64,000 nt of DNA from Phycisphaerae bacterium. Its GTDB lineage: Bacteria > Planctomycetota > Phycisphaerae > Sedimentisphaerales > UBA12454. The stretch covers positions 70,636 through 134,635 of the forward strand of contig JBAZHC010000001.1 in the NCBI GenBank assembly GCA_041652575.1, in the 5' to 3' direction. Both the position numbers and the translations under genes were made by a program. Under the pieces are notes generated by a model. The model saw only the letters and a program-made list of their open reading frames with translations, was not told where the DNA came from and searched no databases. This document shows, in pieces, positions 57,090-64,000 of this stretch. Positions within the stretch are counted from its first letter, which is position 1. Every line of letters starts with the position of its first letter.

Positions 57090-58846
57090 AGCAACCTCTT
57101 TCTCCCCAGCTTCTATTGCAGACAGCGGCAAGGGAAAAACGCGTCGATATTTTTTTGTTCCTGCTGCTGCTCTGTTTCGGTCTTTATCAGGCCATTCTGT
57201 ATTGGGGACATCAGGCTGTGCCGCATTTCGATTCATATTGTTTTCCTTTTGTAGGTCATAAAATACTGAGCTTTGAGCTTCCTGAAGATTTCAAAAGAAC
57301 GCCTCTTGTCGGGATATTGCAGATATGGCTTGGAAAAATATCCGGCGGACAATGTCCGGACTTTACCGGCGGCTGGCTTTTGAATTCAATTTCTCATATT
57401 TTAACCGTTATCTTTTTGTGGCTGGCGGCGAAAAGAGTCATCGGCCGAAACGCCGTCTGGTTTGCGGTTATCGCCATTATTAATCCGTTCGGCCTGCAGT
57501 TATTGACCGAAGCCATCGCCGAAACTCCGATGCTGTTTTTTATCTGGATTACGCTTTATTTAATTTTTATCAGGTCGAAATGGACCTATCTTTTCGCCTC
57601 GCTTGCGACAATGGTGCGTTATGAATGTGCCGCACTCATAGCGGGCATGTTTGTTTTGGAAATGATTGAAGGTAAAAATAAAAAAGAGCGGCTGATGGCT
57701 TTTGGTTATGCCGCCGCCGCTTCGATACCGCTTGCTGTTTGGATGCTCGGAACTTTTCTTAGCAGCAATCTCGGCGCCACTCACTATCTTAATATATTTA
57801 AAAAGGATTATACCTCGCAGTTTGTCGAGGGCGTCCAGAACAGAACAGGCTTTTTAATGCATGCCAACATTCTATGGCAGGTCGGTTTCCTCCCGCTCTT
57901 TCAGCCTTCTCCTGCGGCAGGCGGAACTCTTGCTAAAGGGCTTTTAATTGCCAACCAGGTTATTACGGTTATCACTTTCCTGTTCGGTACTGTTTACGGT
58001 CTTTATAAAAAACAGTGGAACATACTCGTACTGCTTATCTTCCTTCTGCCGTATTTCTGGATTCATTCCAAATACCCTTATCCGATTCACAGGTATCACG
58101 CGACTATTTTCGCGATGGTTATGCTTATATGTATTTACGGTATTATCAGTTTCTGGAAACTGGTAAAAGACAAACTGCCGAAACCGGCCGTAATCGCGTC
58201 GCAGCTTCTCGTTTCGGTAATAGCGATTATCTGGATTATGATTTTATGGGGTTATCTGCCGCGAATAGCGCCGATGAGCAAGGTAAGCGTTTCTCTCCCG
58301 TACATCGCGATACTGGCGGCCTTTATGGTTTTTGCCGTCGAAAGTTTCGCTTACAAAACAAAGCTGATTACTAATTTGGTCGTTCTGATATTAATGATTC
58401 TTATGATTGTTTCCAACCAGTTTGTCGTGGCGCAGGTTGTCGGCAACGGCGAAAGAGATTTGGAATTTAAATATCTTGCCGAATGGTACCGCCAGAACGC
58501 AAAGCCCGGCGAAAAGCTCGTTACTACCGTTCCGGTTATTCTTGAGATTCTTGCCCCGCAGTACAAAGACGATTTTATTCATACCAATACGTTTGATGCC
58601 AATAATCCCAATGATTTCGTAATGGAATGCTACAAAAGAAATATTACTTATGTCGCCTGGGATTCGAGAGAAGGCCTTAACCCCACCGACCATTATTACA
58701 AATACTGGAAAATGTCAAACATCGCACCTCTTGCCGTCGGCCGTGATATCGGCCCTTATCAGTTCATCACGCAATTAAGAGTCAATCAGCGGAGATATAT
58801 TAATCTCTACCGTCTAAGACCTCTGTCTGAAGTGATGCAAAAATAA
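57047..58846 (+). CDS. Polytopic membrane protein, possibly a GT-C-type glycosyltransferase
   Basis: About 12 or more hydrophobic segments are followed by a ~130-aa soluble tail. No catalytic motif was verified. The GTG start overlaps the mtnA end. Confidence 0.5.
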   Translation: MADRRKNPKNAKPLKQPLSPQLLLQTAAREKRVDIFLFLLLLCFGLYQAILYWGHQAVPHFDSYCFPFVGHKILSFELPEDFKRTPLVGILQIWLGKISGGQCPDFTGGWLLNSISHILTVIFLWLAAKRVIGRNAVWFAVIAIINPFGLQLLTEAIAETPMLFFIWITLYLIFIRSKWTYLFASLATMVRYECAALIAGMFVLEMIEGKNKKERLMAFGYAAAASIPLAVWMLGTFLSSNLGATHYLNIFKKDYTSQFVEGVQNRTGFLMHANILWQVGFLPLFQPSPAAGGTLAKGLLIANQVITVITFLFGTVYGLYKKQWNILVLLIFLLPYFWIHSKYPYPIHRYHATIFAMVMLICIYGIISFWKLVKDKLPKPAVIASQLLVSVIAIIWIMILWGYLPRIAPMSKVSVSLPYIAILAAFMVFAVESFAYKTKLITNLVVLILMILMIVSNQFVVAQVVGNGERDLEFKYLAEWYRQNAKPGEKLVTTVPVILEILAPQYKDDFIHTNTFDANNPNDFVMECYKRNITYVAWDSREGLNPTDHYYKYWKMSNIAPLAVGRDIGPYQFITQLRVNQRRYINLYRLRPLSEVMQK

Positions 58847-58894
58847 ATGTCATTTCGACCGGAGTGAAGCGCAGCGGAGAAATCTATTTAAATT

Positions 58895-60223
58895 TTATAA
58901 TTTCTTATTTTTATAATTATTCCACCAATTCTGCCATGCCGCTTTATCAGTGCGATAAGTTCGCGTTAATGGCATCTTCACACCTGTAAGTTTTTCAAGA
59001 GCCTTATTTATAGCACCGGCTCCGCCCTCTGATTCTTTATCTATAACATCTATAAGAACAGGCACATCTTGTAAATTACCGCATACTGCCAGCGAATAGG
59101 CCAAATTGGGGCCATAGCCGCAGTCTGCATATTTTAGTTCCTTCAGCAGGGTTATCGTTTGTTCTCTTGCGCCAAGCGGCCCCAACATTTCTGCCCAGAA
59201 ATATACATCATGCACCATTTTCATTGGGTCTTTTTTAATTTTTCTGATTTCTTCAACAAGTCTGTCCGCCAATTCATTACGGAGTTTTTGTTTGTCAGGC
59301 AAATCCATTGTTTTCCATATAAACCACGCACACGCAAGACGACAACCATCAGGCCCATCCGGAGTACTTCTGTCAAGGACGTGAGGTATTAACTGCTCTG
59401 GCGCTAAATCAGCAAAACGCGTATCTGTCGGCGGTTCAGTTGGATTAGGATACGGACAATTTCTTGCCTTTGTCTTTTCTTCTTTATTCTGCCCGGCAGA
59501 ATCAAAAGAAGGCACTATTGCAGCTTTAAAGGTAGTTTTGTCAACCATCACATACGACACTTTGCCGAGGTAATTTCGCCACGTTGTATTTTCTACGATA
59601 TAATATTTTTCTCCTTCATAAATAATACTCATACCCCCTTTGATAATCTCCGATGCAGCTTTGATTATTTTGTCGTACCTTTCATTCTGATTAGGGTCTT
59701 TGGAATCAGGGTGTAATCGGTTTAATTTTTCATAAGGGCTTACCGGGCTTCTCTGTTCCTGGCCGATGATAACAGGCAGGTTGTTCGAATCCTCCAGTTG
59801 AAAATTAAATACTCTTCCTTTAAGATAAGGAAACGGCGTCTTCTTAAGCATAATTTTGGATTCGGGGGCAGGATAAGTATCGTAACAAATAAAGTTAAGT
59901 TCTTTATTGTTCCACCGGCCAACGGTATTTTTTATGATTCCGCATTTTATAAGATACCAGGATTTCTCCCAGTCGCCCTCTGTGGCAGTTGCGTACTCCT
60001 GCATATCCGCGACATATACCAGAAACTCTATATCGGCTTGTCCGTCTTTAGGCGCCAGGTCAAATGGTATGGGTTTATTTTTCGGCAGATAAGCGTTCAC
60101 CGCCTCCGGCGGCGCGGGAATATTGCTGTCAGTGGGAATATCTTTTGCAAAGACGAAAGCGGAAGTCAGAATTATTAAAATAAAAATCGCCGAAAGTTCT
60201 GAATGCTTATTTTTCATTTTCAC
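58895..60223 (-). CDS. Hypothetical secreted protein
   Basis: 442-aa ORF with an N-terminal signal-like segment (SAIFILIILTSAFVFA). Composition is AT-rich and no family was recognised. Confidence 0.55.
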   Translation of the reverse strand: MKMKNKHSELSAIFILIILTSAFVFAKDIPTDSNIPAPPEAVNAYLPKNKPIPFDLAPKDGQADIEFLVYVADMQEYATATEGDWEKSWYLIKCGIIKNTVGRWNNKELNFICYDTYPAPESKIMLKKTPFPYLKGRVFNFQLEDSNNLPVIIGQEQRSPVSPYEKLNRLHPDSKDPNQNERYDKIIKAASEIIKGGMSIIYEGEKYYIVENTTWRNYLGKVSYVMVDKTTFKAAIVPSFDSAGQNKEEKTKARNCPYPNPTEPPTDTRFADLAPEQLIPHVLDRSTPDGPDGCRLACAWFIWKTMDLPDKQKLRNELADRLVEEIRKIKKDPMKMVHDVYFWAEMLGPLGAREQTITLLKELKYADCGYGPNLAYSLAVCGNLQDVPVLIDVIDKESEGGAGAINKALEKLTGVKMPLTRTYRTDKAAWQNWWNNYKNKKL

Positions 60224-60256
60224 TCCCTCTGAGACCGATGGCTATAAGTACTTATT

Positions 60257-61015
60257 TTATACGGTCTTGAAGATATTGAATTTGGCCAGTTGGAGTTTTT
60301 GAAGAACAAACTGCAGCATTGTGAAAAGCGTCAGCAGACCGTATCTTGTACTACGTGAAAAATTAATGCTCGACGCCTCTTTGAAATATCTGCACGGCAC
60401 GGGGGCATCGGCGATTTTAAATCCGAAATACGCCGCCTGCGCCAGCATTTGCGAATCGAACACAAAATCGTCCGAATTTTTATGATATGGTATTTTTTCC
60501 AGTACCGCTCGTTTATAAACTCTGAATCCGCTGTGGAAGTCGCCCAGGTTCTGGCCCAGTATAAAGTTTTCGGTAATAGTCAGCATTCTGTTCGCTAAAT
60601 ATTTATATACCGGCATACCTGAACTTATCGTTTCAGCTCTTGTGCGGATTCTGCTGCCGAGCATAAAATCGCAAACGCCGGTCTGCAAAAAGCCGATGAA
60701 ATACGGAATCAACCTGCCATCGTATTGGTAATCGGGATGAAGCATCACGACAATATCGGCTCCTTTTTTCAGTGCCGCGTCATAGCAGGTTTTTTGATTT
60801 GCGCCGTAGCCCCCGTTTTTTTCTCGTCGAATTACCGTCAGCCCAAGCCTCTCTGCAATCTCAACCGTATTGTCCTTGCTGCAGTCGTCCACCAGAATAA
60901 TATCTTTGCGGAATTGTTCCGGAATATCGTTGACAGTATTCTCCACCGTAGAGCCCGCGTTATACGCAGGCATAACTATTATAGTTTTGGGCGGATTGTT
61001 AGCGTTTGTATCCAA
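60257..61015 (-). CDS. GT2 glycosyltransferase, polyprenyl-phosphate sugar synthase-like (Dpm1/ArnC type)
   Basis: Contains [10 protein letters not shown]...[11 protein letters not shown]...GYGANQ and a C-terminal hydrophobic segment. Confidence 0.8.
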   Translation of the reverse strand: MDTNANNPPKTIIVMPAYNAGSTVENTVNDIPEQFRKDIILVDDCSKDNTVEIAERLGLTVIRREKNGGYGANQKTCYDAALKKGADIVVMLHPDYQYDGRLIPYFIGFLQTGVCDFMLGSRIRTRAETISSGMPVYKYLANRMLTITENFILGQNLGDFHSGFRVYKRAVLEKIPYHKNSDDFVFDSQMLAQAAYFGFKIADAPVPCRYFKEASSINFSRSTRYGLLTLFTMLQFVLQKLQLAKFNIFKTV

Positions 61016-61030
61016 TGAAAAGCCGACTCC

Positions 61031-61291
61031 TCATTTTACCGCGACAACTTCCTTAACCTCCGGAACACGCTGCTTCAAAAGCCGCTCAACCCCCATCTTC
61101 AACGTCATGGCCGCGCCAGGACAACCCTTGCAGGCACCCTGAAGCCGAACCTTAACCGTATTGTCAGAGGTAAGTTCCACAAATTCTATATCGCCGCCGT
61201 CATTCTGCAACATCGGCCTAATGCCGTCAATTACTTCTATCACCTTGTCATTTATGGACTTATCGCCATGGCAACCGCAATTTTCACACAT
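61031..61291 (-). CDS. NifU-like C-terminal-domain Fe-S scaffold/carrier protein
   Basis: Contains DGGDIEFVE...VRLQGACKGCPGAAMTLK. Confidence 0.85.
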   Translation of the reverse strand: MCENCGCHGDKSINDKVIEVIDGIRPMLQNDGGDIEFVELTSDNTVKVRLQGACKGCPGAAMTLKMGVERLLKQRVPEVKEVVAVK

Positions 61292-61607
61292 TTTACAACT
61301 CCTGATAAATAATAAATTTAGAGCGGAAATTATATCAACATCTTAAAATTTCTCCACTTATTTTACGTTAATACGAAAACAATGGGGCAAAAAACAATCG
61401 TAAGTCCTTATTTTTCAAAAACAAATAAAGGAGTTATGAAAAAAAGTTCGTCAAAAACGCGCAAGTTTTTTTTATTTTCGCGCAAGTTGACTAAAAAAGG
61501 GCCACAGATTTCACTGATTTTGTACAGATTTTATATGAAAAAGTCAAAAAAGTGAGGAGTTTTTACAGGTTTTGGGCAGTTTTTGGGGTTTTTGGAACAT
61601 TTTTTTT

Positions 61608-61630
61608 AGCCACTAAGCCACTAAGACGAA
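61608..61630. repeat. Family A half-element (agccactaagccactaagacgaa)
   Basis: It has the same CCAC-TAAG periodic arm as in the pilus locus, followed by the family's usual aaaaaatatttaaaaa loop. The right arm is degenerate. Confidence 0.55.
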
Positions 61631-61651
61631 AAAAATATTTAAAAATTTTGT

Positions 61652-61679
61652 TTGACTAAATAAAAAAACACGATAAACT
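61652..61679 (+). promoter_or_regulatory. Candidate sigma70 promoter of the E2/E1/JAB operon (TTGACT, 16-nt spacer, TAAACT)
   Basis: TTGACT lies at 61652-61657 and TAAACT at 61674-61679, about 45 nt upstream of the first ATG. The aaggag RBS is at 61712-61717. Confidence 0.45.
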
Positions 61680-61701
61680 GCACAATCGTATTAATTGTAC
61701 A
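61679..61701. promoter_or_regulatory. Candidate operator: inverted repeat tgcacaat-N7-attgtaca
   Basis: The 8-bp arms are complementary at 7 of 8 positions. The repeat abuts the putative -10 box. Confidence 0.35.
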
Positions 61702-61723
61702 TATTTAACTTAAGGAGCAAGAT

Positions 61724-61939
61724 ATGGCCAAAAAACCGACAATTGAAGAATTGGAAGCTATTTTAGATAAGGAAGAAGAAACGCCAATCGAAATACTTCC
61801 GAATGGCGAAATCCGTGCAAAAGGCCAGACAAATTCAAGTGAATTGGCCGGAAAAAAACCACTAACAATGCGTGAAAATCTTGGCGGCGAATATTCTTTT
61901 AATAGGTTTAGATATGGACATTATACGTATTCAAAATGA
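61724..61939 (+). CDS. 71-aa protein with an internal Leu-Gly-Gly (residues 53-55); candidate modifier or substrate of the adjacent conjugation enzymes
   Basis: A strong RBS (aaggag) with 6-nt spacing, and first position in the operon. It has ...TMRENLGG followed by a 16-aa tail. It overlaps the next gene's ATG by 26 nt. Confidence 0.55.
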   Translation: MAKKPTIEELEAILDKEEETPIEILPNGEIRAKGQTNSSELAGKKPLTMRENLGGEYSFNRFRYGHYTYSK

Positions 61940-62291
61940 GTTCAAAGAAGCTCAGGAATATTTCTCATATATTGAGTTGCATCCAACATCTGATGGAAAG
62001 CTTTATGTAAAAAGCGCAATTCAATCTTCTTTTACTAATTATTATATTTTAAAAATTGTTTTTCCGGATAGTTACCCATATTCGATGCCAAGTGTTTATA
62101 TTGAAAAACCAGTGATAAATTCTTCGCCTCATCGTTATATGGAAGGAAATATTTGTTATTTACATCCGACTATGTGGAATCCGGGAATTCATAATCTTTC
62201 ATTTGTGCTTCAGCGTGCTGCTAAATGGTTAGCTAAATACGAGGTTTGGAAGAATAGCAATAAATGGCCGGGAGCACAAATTGTACATTAA
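61914..62291 (+). CDS. UBC/E2-like protein 1
   Basis: N-terminal helix RIQNEFKE, then FPDSYPYSMPSVYI, then HRYMEGNICYL...WNP. This parallels the E2 layout FP..YP...P, HPN-loop, catalytic Cys, W.P. Confidence 0.75.
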   Translation: MDIIRIQNEFKEAQEYFSYIELHPTSDGKLYVKSAIQSSFTNYYILKIVFPDSYPYSMPSVYIEKPVINSSPHRYMEGNICYLHPTMWNPGIHNLSFVLQRAAKWLAKYEVWKNSNKWPGAQIVH

Positions 62292-62302
62292 AGGAAATTT
62301 TT

Positions 62303-62824
62303 ATGCATTTAGATTTTAATACCTTATCTATGATGAAATTAAGAAGTTCTCCGGGGGAGGCTCTCGATAAAGTATCTAAAGAAGGCAAGGCCTTTATTAT
62401 CGAAAGAAATGGTCACCAAGAAGCCTGCCTGGTTCCTGTTTGGTATTTTTTGCCTGATATTCCAAAAGATAGAATTAGTAATGAGTTAGAAATATTACAC
62501 CAAAAAGGAGAAAAACCTTCATTAAGGTTTTCTGATAATCATGAATTGGAAATCTTGTTTAAAGAATGTTTAATGAATTATGAAATAACAATTAGAATTG
62601 TTCTTCCTCATGGATATCCAAACAACGTCCCGAAAATCTATGCTTCGCCTATTAGAAAAGATGCACCCCACTTATGGCATGATGGTGCTTTATGCATTTT
62701 TGGAATTATGGCTACTTGGAATCCTGGTAAACACAATATCGGTACTGTATTAGACCTAAGTCGAAAATGGCTTTCGAAATATAGCGAATGGGAAAAAAAT
62801 GAAATTTGGCCAGTTGAAGGTTGA
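62303..62824 (+). CDS. Phd/YefM-like N-terminal domain fused to UBC/E2-like domain 2
   Basis: The N-terminal LRSSPGEALDKVSKEGKAFIIERNGHQEACLVPVWYF is antitoxin-like. The C-terminal LPHGYPNNVPKIYA...HLWHDGALCIF...WNPGKHN is paralogous to E2-like 1. The aaaggaaa RBS precedes the ATG at 62303. Confidence 0.75.
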   Translation: MHLDFNTLSMMKLRSSPGEALDKVSKEGKAFIIERNGHQEACLVPVWYFLPDIPKDRISNELEILHQKGEKPSLRFSDNHELEILFKECLMNYEITIRIVLPHGYPNNVPKIYASPIRKDAPHLWHDGALCIFGIMATWNPGKHNIGTVLDLSRKWLSKYSEWEKNEIWPVEG

Positions 62825-62832
62825 AATAAAAA

Positions 62833-63678
62833 ATGAACGAAGAAAAAACATTTACACGAATAGAAAAATTATTTGATATTGGATTACTTAATAATAGCAG
62901 AATTCTTATTGTTGGGTGTGGTTCAGGTGGCGGTAATCTGGCTTTACAATTAGCTATGTCTGGTATCAAAAATTTTACACTAGTAGACAAGGATGTACTT
63001 GAGATAGAAAATGTCATTAGGCATGTTTGTGGAAGAAAATTTATAGGCAAAAGGAAAGTTGATGCACTTGAGGAAGTTTTATTAGACAGAAATCCTGAGA
63101 TTAAAATAAGGAAGTTCGACGTAGATATAATGAACTTTGACCTTCTTGAATCTGAAATAAAAGCTCATACTTTAGTCGTTTTGGCTACCGACAATGAACC
63201 TTCTCGCTATTTAATTAACGATATTTGTGTGCATAATAATATTCCATTTGTAGTTGGACGAGTATTTACTCGTGGTATTGGTGGAGAAGTTTTTATTTAT
63301 CGCCCCAAAATAGGCGGTTGTTTAGCATGTTTAGAAAGTTTTCTGGGAAGAACCAAATATCGTCAGGGGATAAGAGAAATAGATTTGGTATCGGAGAAAG
63401 AAAGGGAACAAATGTATGGCATGGAAATAGCTGAAATAAAAGATTCCCCTGGCCTTAATGTTGATATATCTTTTATTACGGCCTTTCATACAAGATTTGC
63501 ACTTGACGCAATTGCTGAGACATTAAAAGTACGTCCTAAATATATGCAAGCTATTCCTGATAATTATATTATATGGGGGAATAGGCCAACGCCTCCTTTT
63601 ACAAAACATTTTCAAATTCAACGCTTTAACCTGCCACCACAGGAAGGATGCCAAATATGTTCGCAAGAAAAAAAATAA
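62833..63678 (+). CDS. ThiF/MoeB-type E1-like adenylating enzyme
   Basis: Contains ILIVGCGSGGGNLA, LVDKD, NVIRH and LATDN, plus the paired CxxC motifs CLAC and CQIC. Confidence 0.85.
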   Translation: MNEEKTFTRIEKLFDIGLLNNSRILIVGCGSGGGNLALQLAMSGIKNFTLVDKDVLEIENVIRHVCGRKFIGKRKVDALEEVLLDRNPEIKIRKFDVDIMNFDLLESEIKAHTLVVLATDNEPSRYLINDICVHNNIPFVVGRVFTRGIGGEVFIYRPKIGGCLACLESFLGRTKYRQGIREIDLVSEKEREQMYGMEIAEIKDSPGLNVDISFITAFHTRFALDAIAETLKVRPKYMQAIPDNYIIWGNRPTPPFTKHFQIQRFNLPPQEGCQICSQEKK

Positions 63679-64000
63679 ATAAGATTCCAGTTCAAATTTG
63701 TATTTGCAAAGATGTATTAAATTCGATTTTCGACGAATGCGATAAAAATGATATTGATGAAACTGGTGGTCGTATAATTGGATATTATAATCAAAATAGA
63801 AATAAATTAAATATCAATGTTTGTGGTTTAATTGCTTCTGGTCCAAATGCAAAAAGTTCACCAACGAGTTTTTTTCAAGATGGGATTTACCAAGAAAGTA
63901 TCTTTAGAAAATTAGAAGAAGAATATCCTAACATTGAACATCTTGGAAATTGGCATACGCATCATGTAAATGGTTTGCAAACCTTAAGCGGAGGAGATAT
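63657..64000 (+). CDS. JAMM/JAB (MPN+) metalloprotease, 3' end outside the window
   Basis: Hand translation gives MFARKKINKIPVQICI...DETGGRIIGYY...HLGNWHTHHVNGLQTLSGGD, which carries the E...HxH...SxxD metal site. It overlaps the E1 stop by 22 nt. It is absent from the ORF track because it has no stop in the window. Confidence 0.8.
   Translation, partial: MFARKKINKIPVQICICKDVLNSIFDECDKNDIDETGGRIIGYYNQNRNKLNINVCGLIASGPNAKSSPTSFFQDGIYQESIFRKLEEEYPNIEHLGNWHTHHVNGLQTLSGGD

Noticed and set aside
58847-58894. The convergent-gene spacer atgtcatttcgaccggagtgaagcgcagcggagaaatct as a bidirectional terminator.
   Set aside because: Only short and interrupted complementarity (atttc...gaaat) is present and there is no T-run. 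It looks like a copy of a short dispersed repeat, but I have only one copy in this window.
61436-61555. A 39-aa Lys-rich ORF (MKKSSSKTRKFFLFSRKLTKKGPQISLILYRFYMKKSKK) with an aaggag RBS in the spacer upstream of the conjugation operon.
   Set aside because: Its composition simply mirrors the A/T runs of the spacer, and it encloses the cgcgcaagtt direct repeats, which look regulatory. It cannot be excluded as a small basic protein, but the sequence alone gives no support.
61872-61913. The GTG start at 61872 for E2-like protein 1 (ORF-track N-terminus MKILAANILLIGLD).
   Set aside because: There is no RBS, and the added residues are hydrophobic filler. The ATG at 61914 begins directly with the E2-type N-terminal helix (MDIIRIQNEFKE). 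A fusion or frameshift with the 71-aa ORF was also considered, but a stop codon (61863-61865) closes the E2 frame upstream.

Overview
The window looks like a chromosomal segment of a diderm bacterium. BamA, Skp, LpxD, LpxC-FabZ and LpxA are all present. The many prepilin-type genes and the intergenic palindromes suggest a PVC/Planctomycetota-like organism, but that is inference only. Most of the window is ordinary, densely packed core genome.

Gene content from left to right:
- A truncated MDR dehydrogenase.
- An orphan nuclease-fusion gene in an AT-rich pocket.
- cinA.
- A large type IV pilus / type II secretion-like locus: two PilB/GspE-type ATPases, PilT, a PilC/GspF platform protein, seven prepilin-like genes, and an 882-aa GspK-like protein.
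- A cold-shock gene, mcsA-mcsB, queD, coaD and rhaB.
- Small lipoprotein, GGQ-domain and UPF0210 genes.
- A surface-glycan cluster: an MsbA-like ABC exporter with a PDZ-like periplasmic insert, a GT2-GT1 fusion, two methyltransferases, a CgeB-like glycosyltransferase and rfbBDCA.
- tRNA-Gln.
- glmU, prs, rplY, pth, rpsF, ssb, rpsR, rplI, dnaB.
- bamA, skp, lpxD, lpxC/fabZ, lpxA.
- nfi, uvrA, mtnA.
- A GT-C-like membrane protein, a GT2 and a NifU-like gene.

The standout is the last ~2.7 kb (61.3-64.0 kb). It is a visibly AT-rich block encoding a 71-aa protein with an internal LGG, two tandem UBC/E2-like proteins (the second fused to a Phd/YefM-like domain), a ThiF-type E1 and a JAMM/JAB protease cut by the window edge. 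This is a ubiquitin-like conjugation operon whose architecture does not match the CBASS or Bil layouts I know.

Several families of long imperfect palindromic repeats fill the pilus-locus intergenic spaces. Some of them overlap pilin start codons.

I saw no rRNA, CRISPR array, transposase or integrase.
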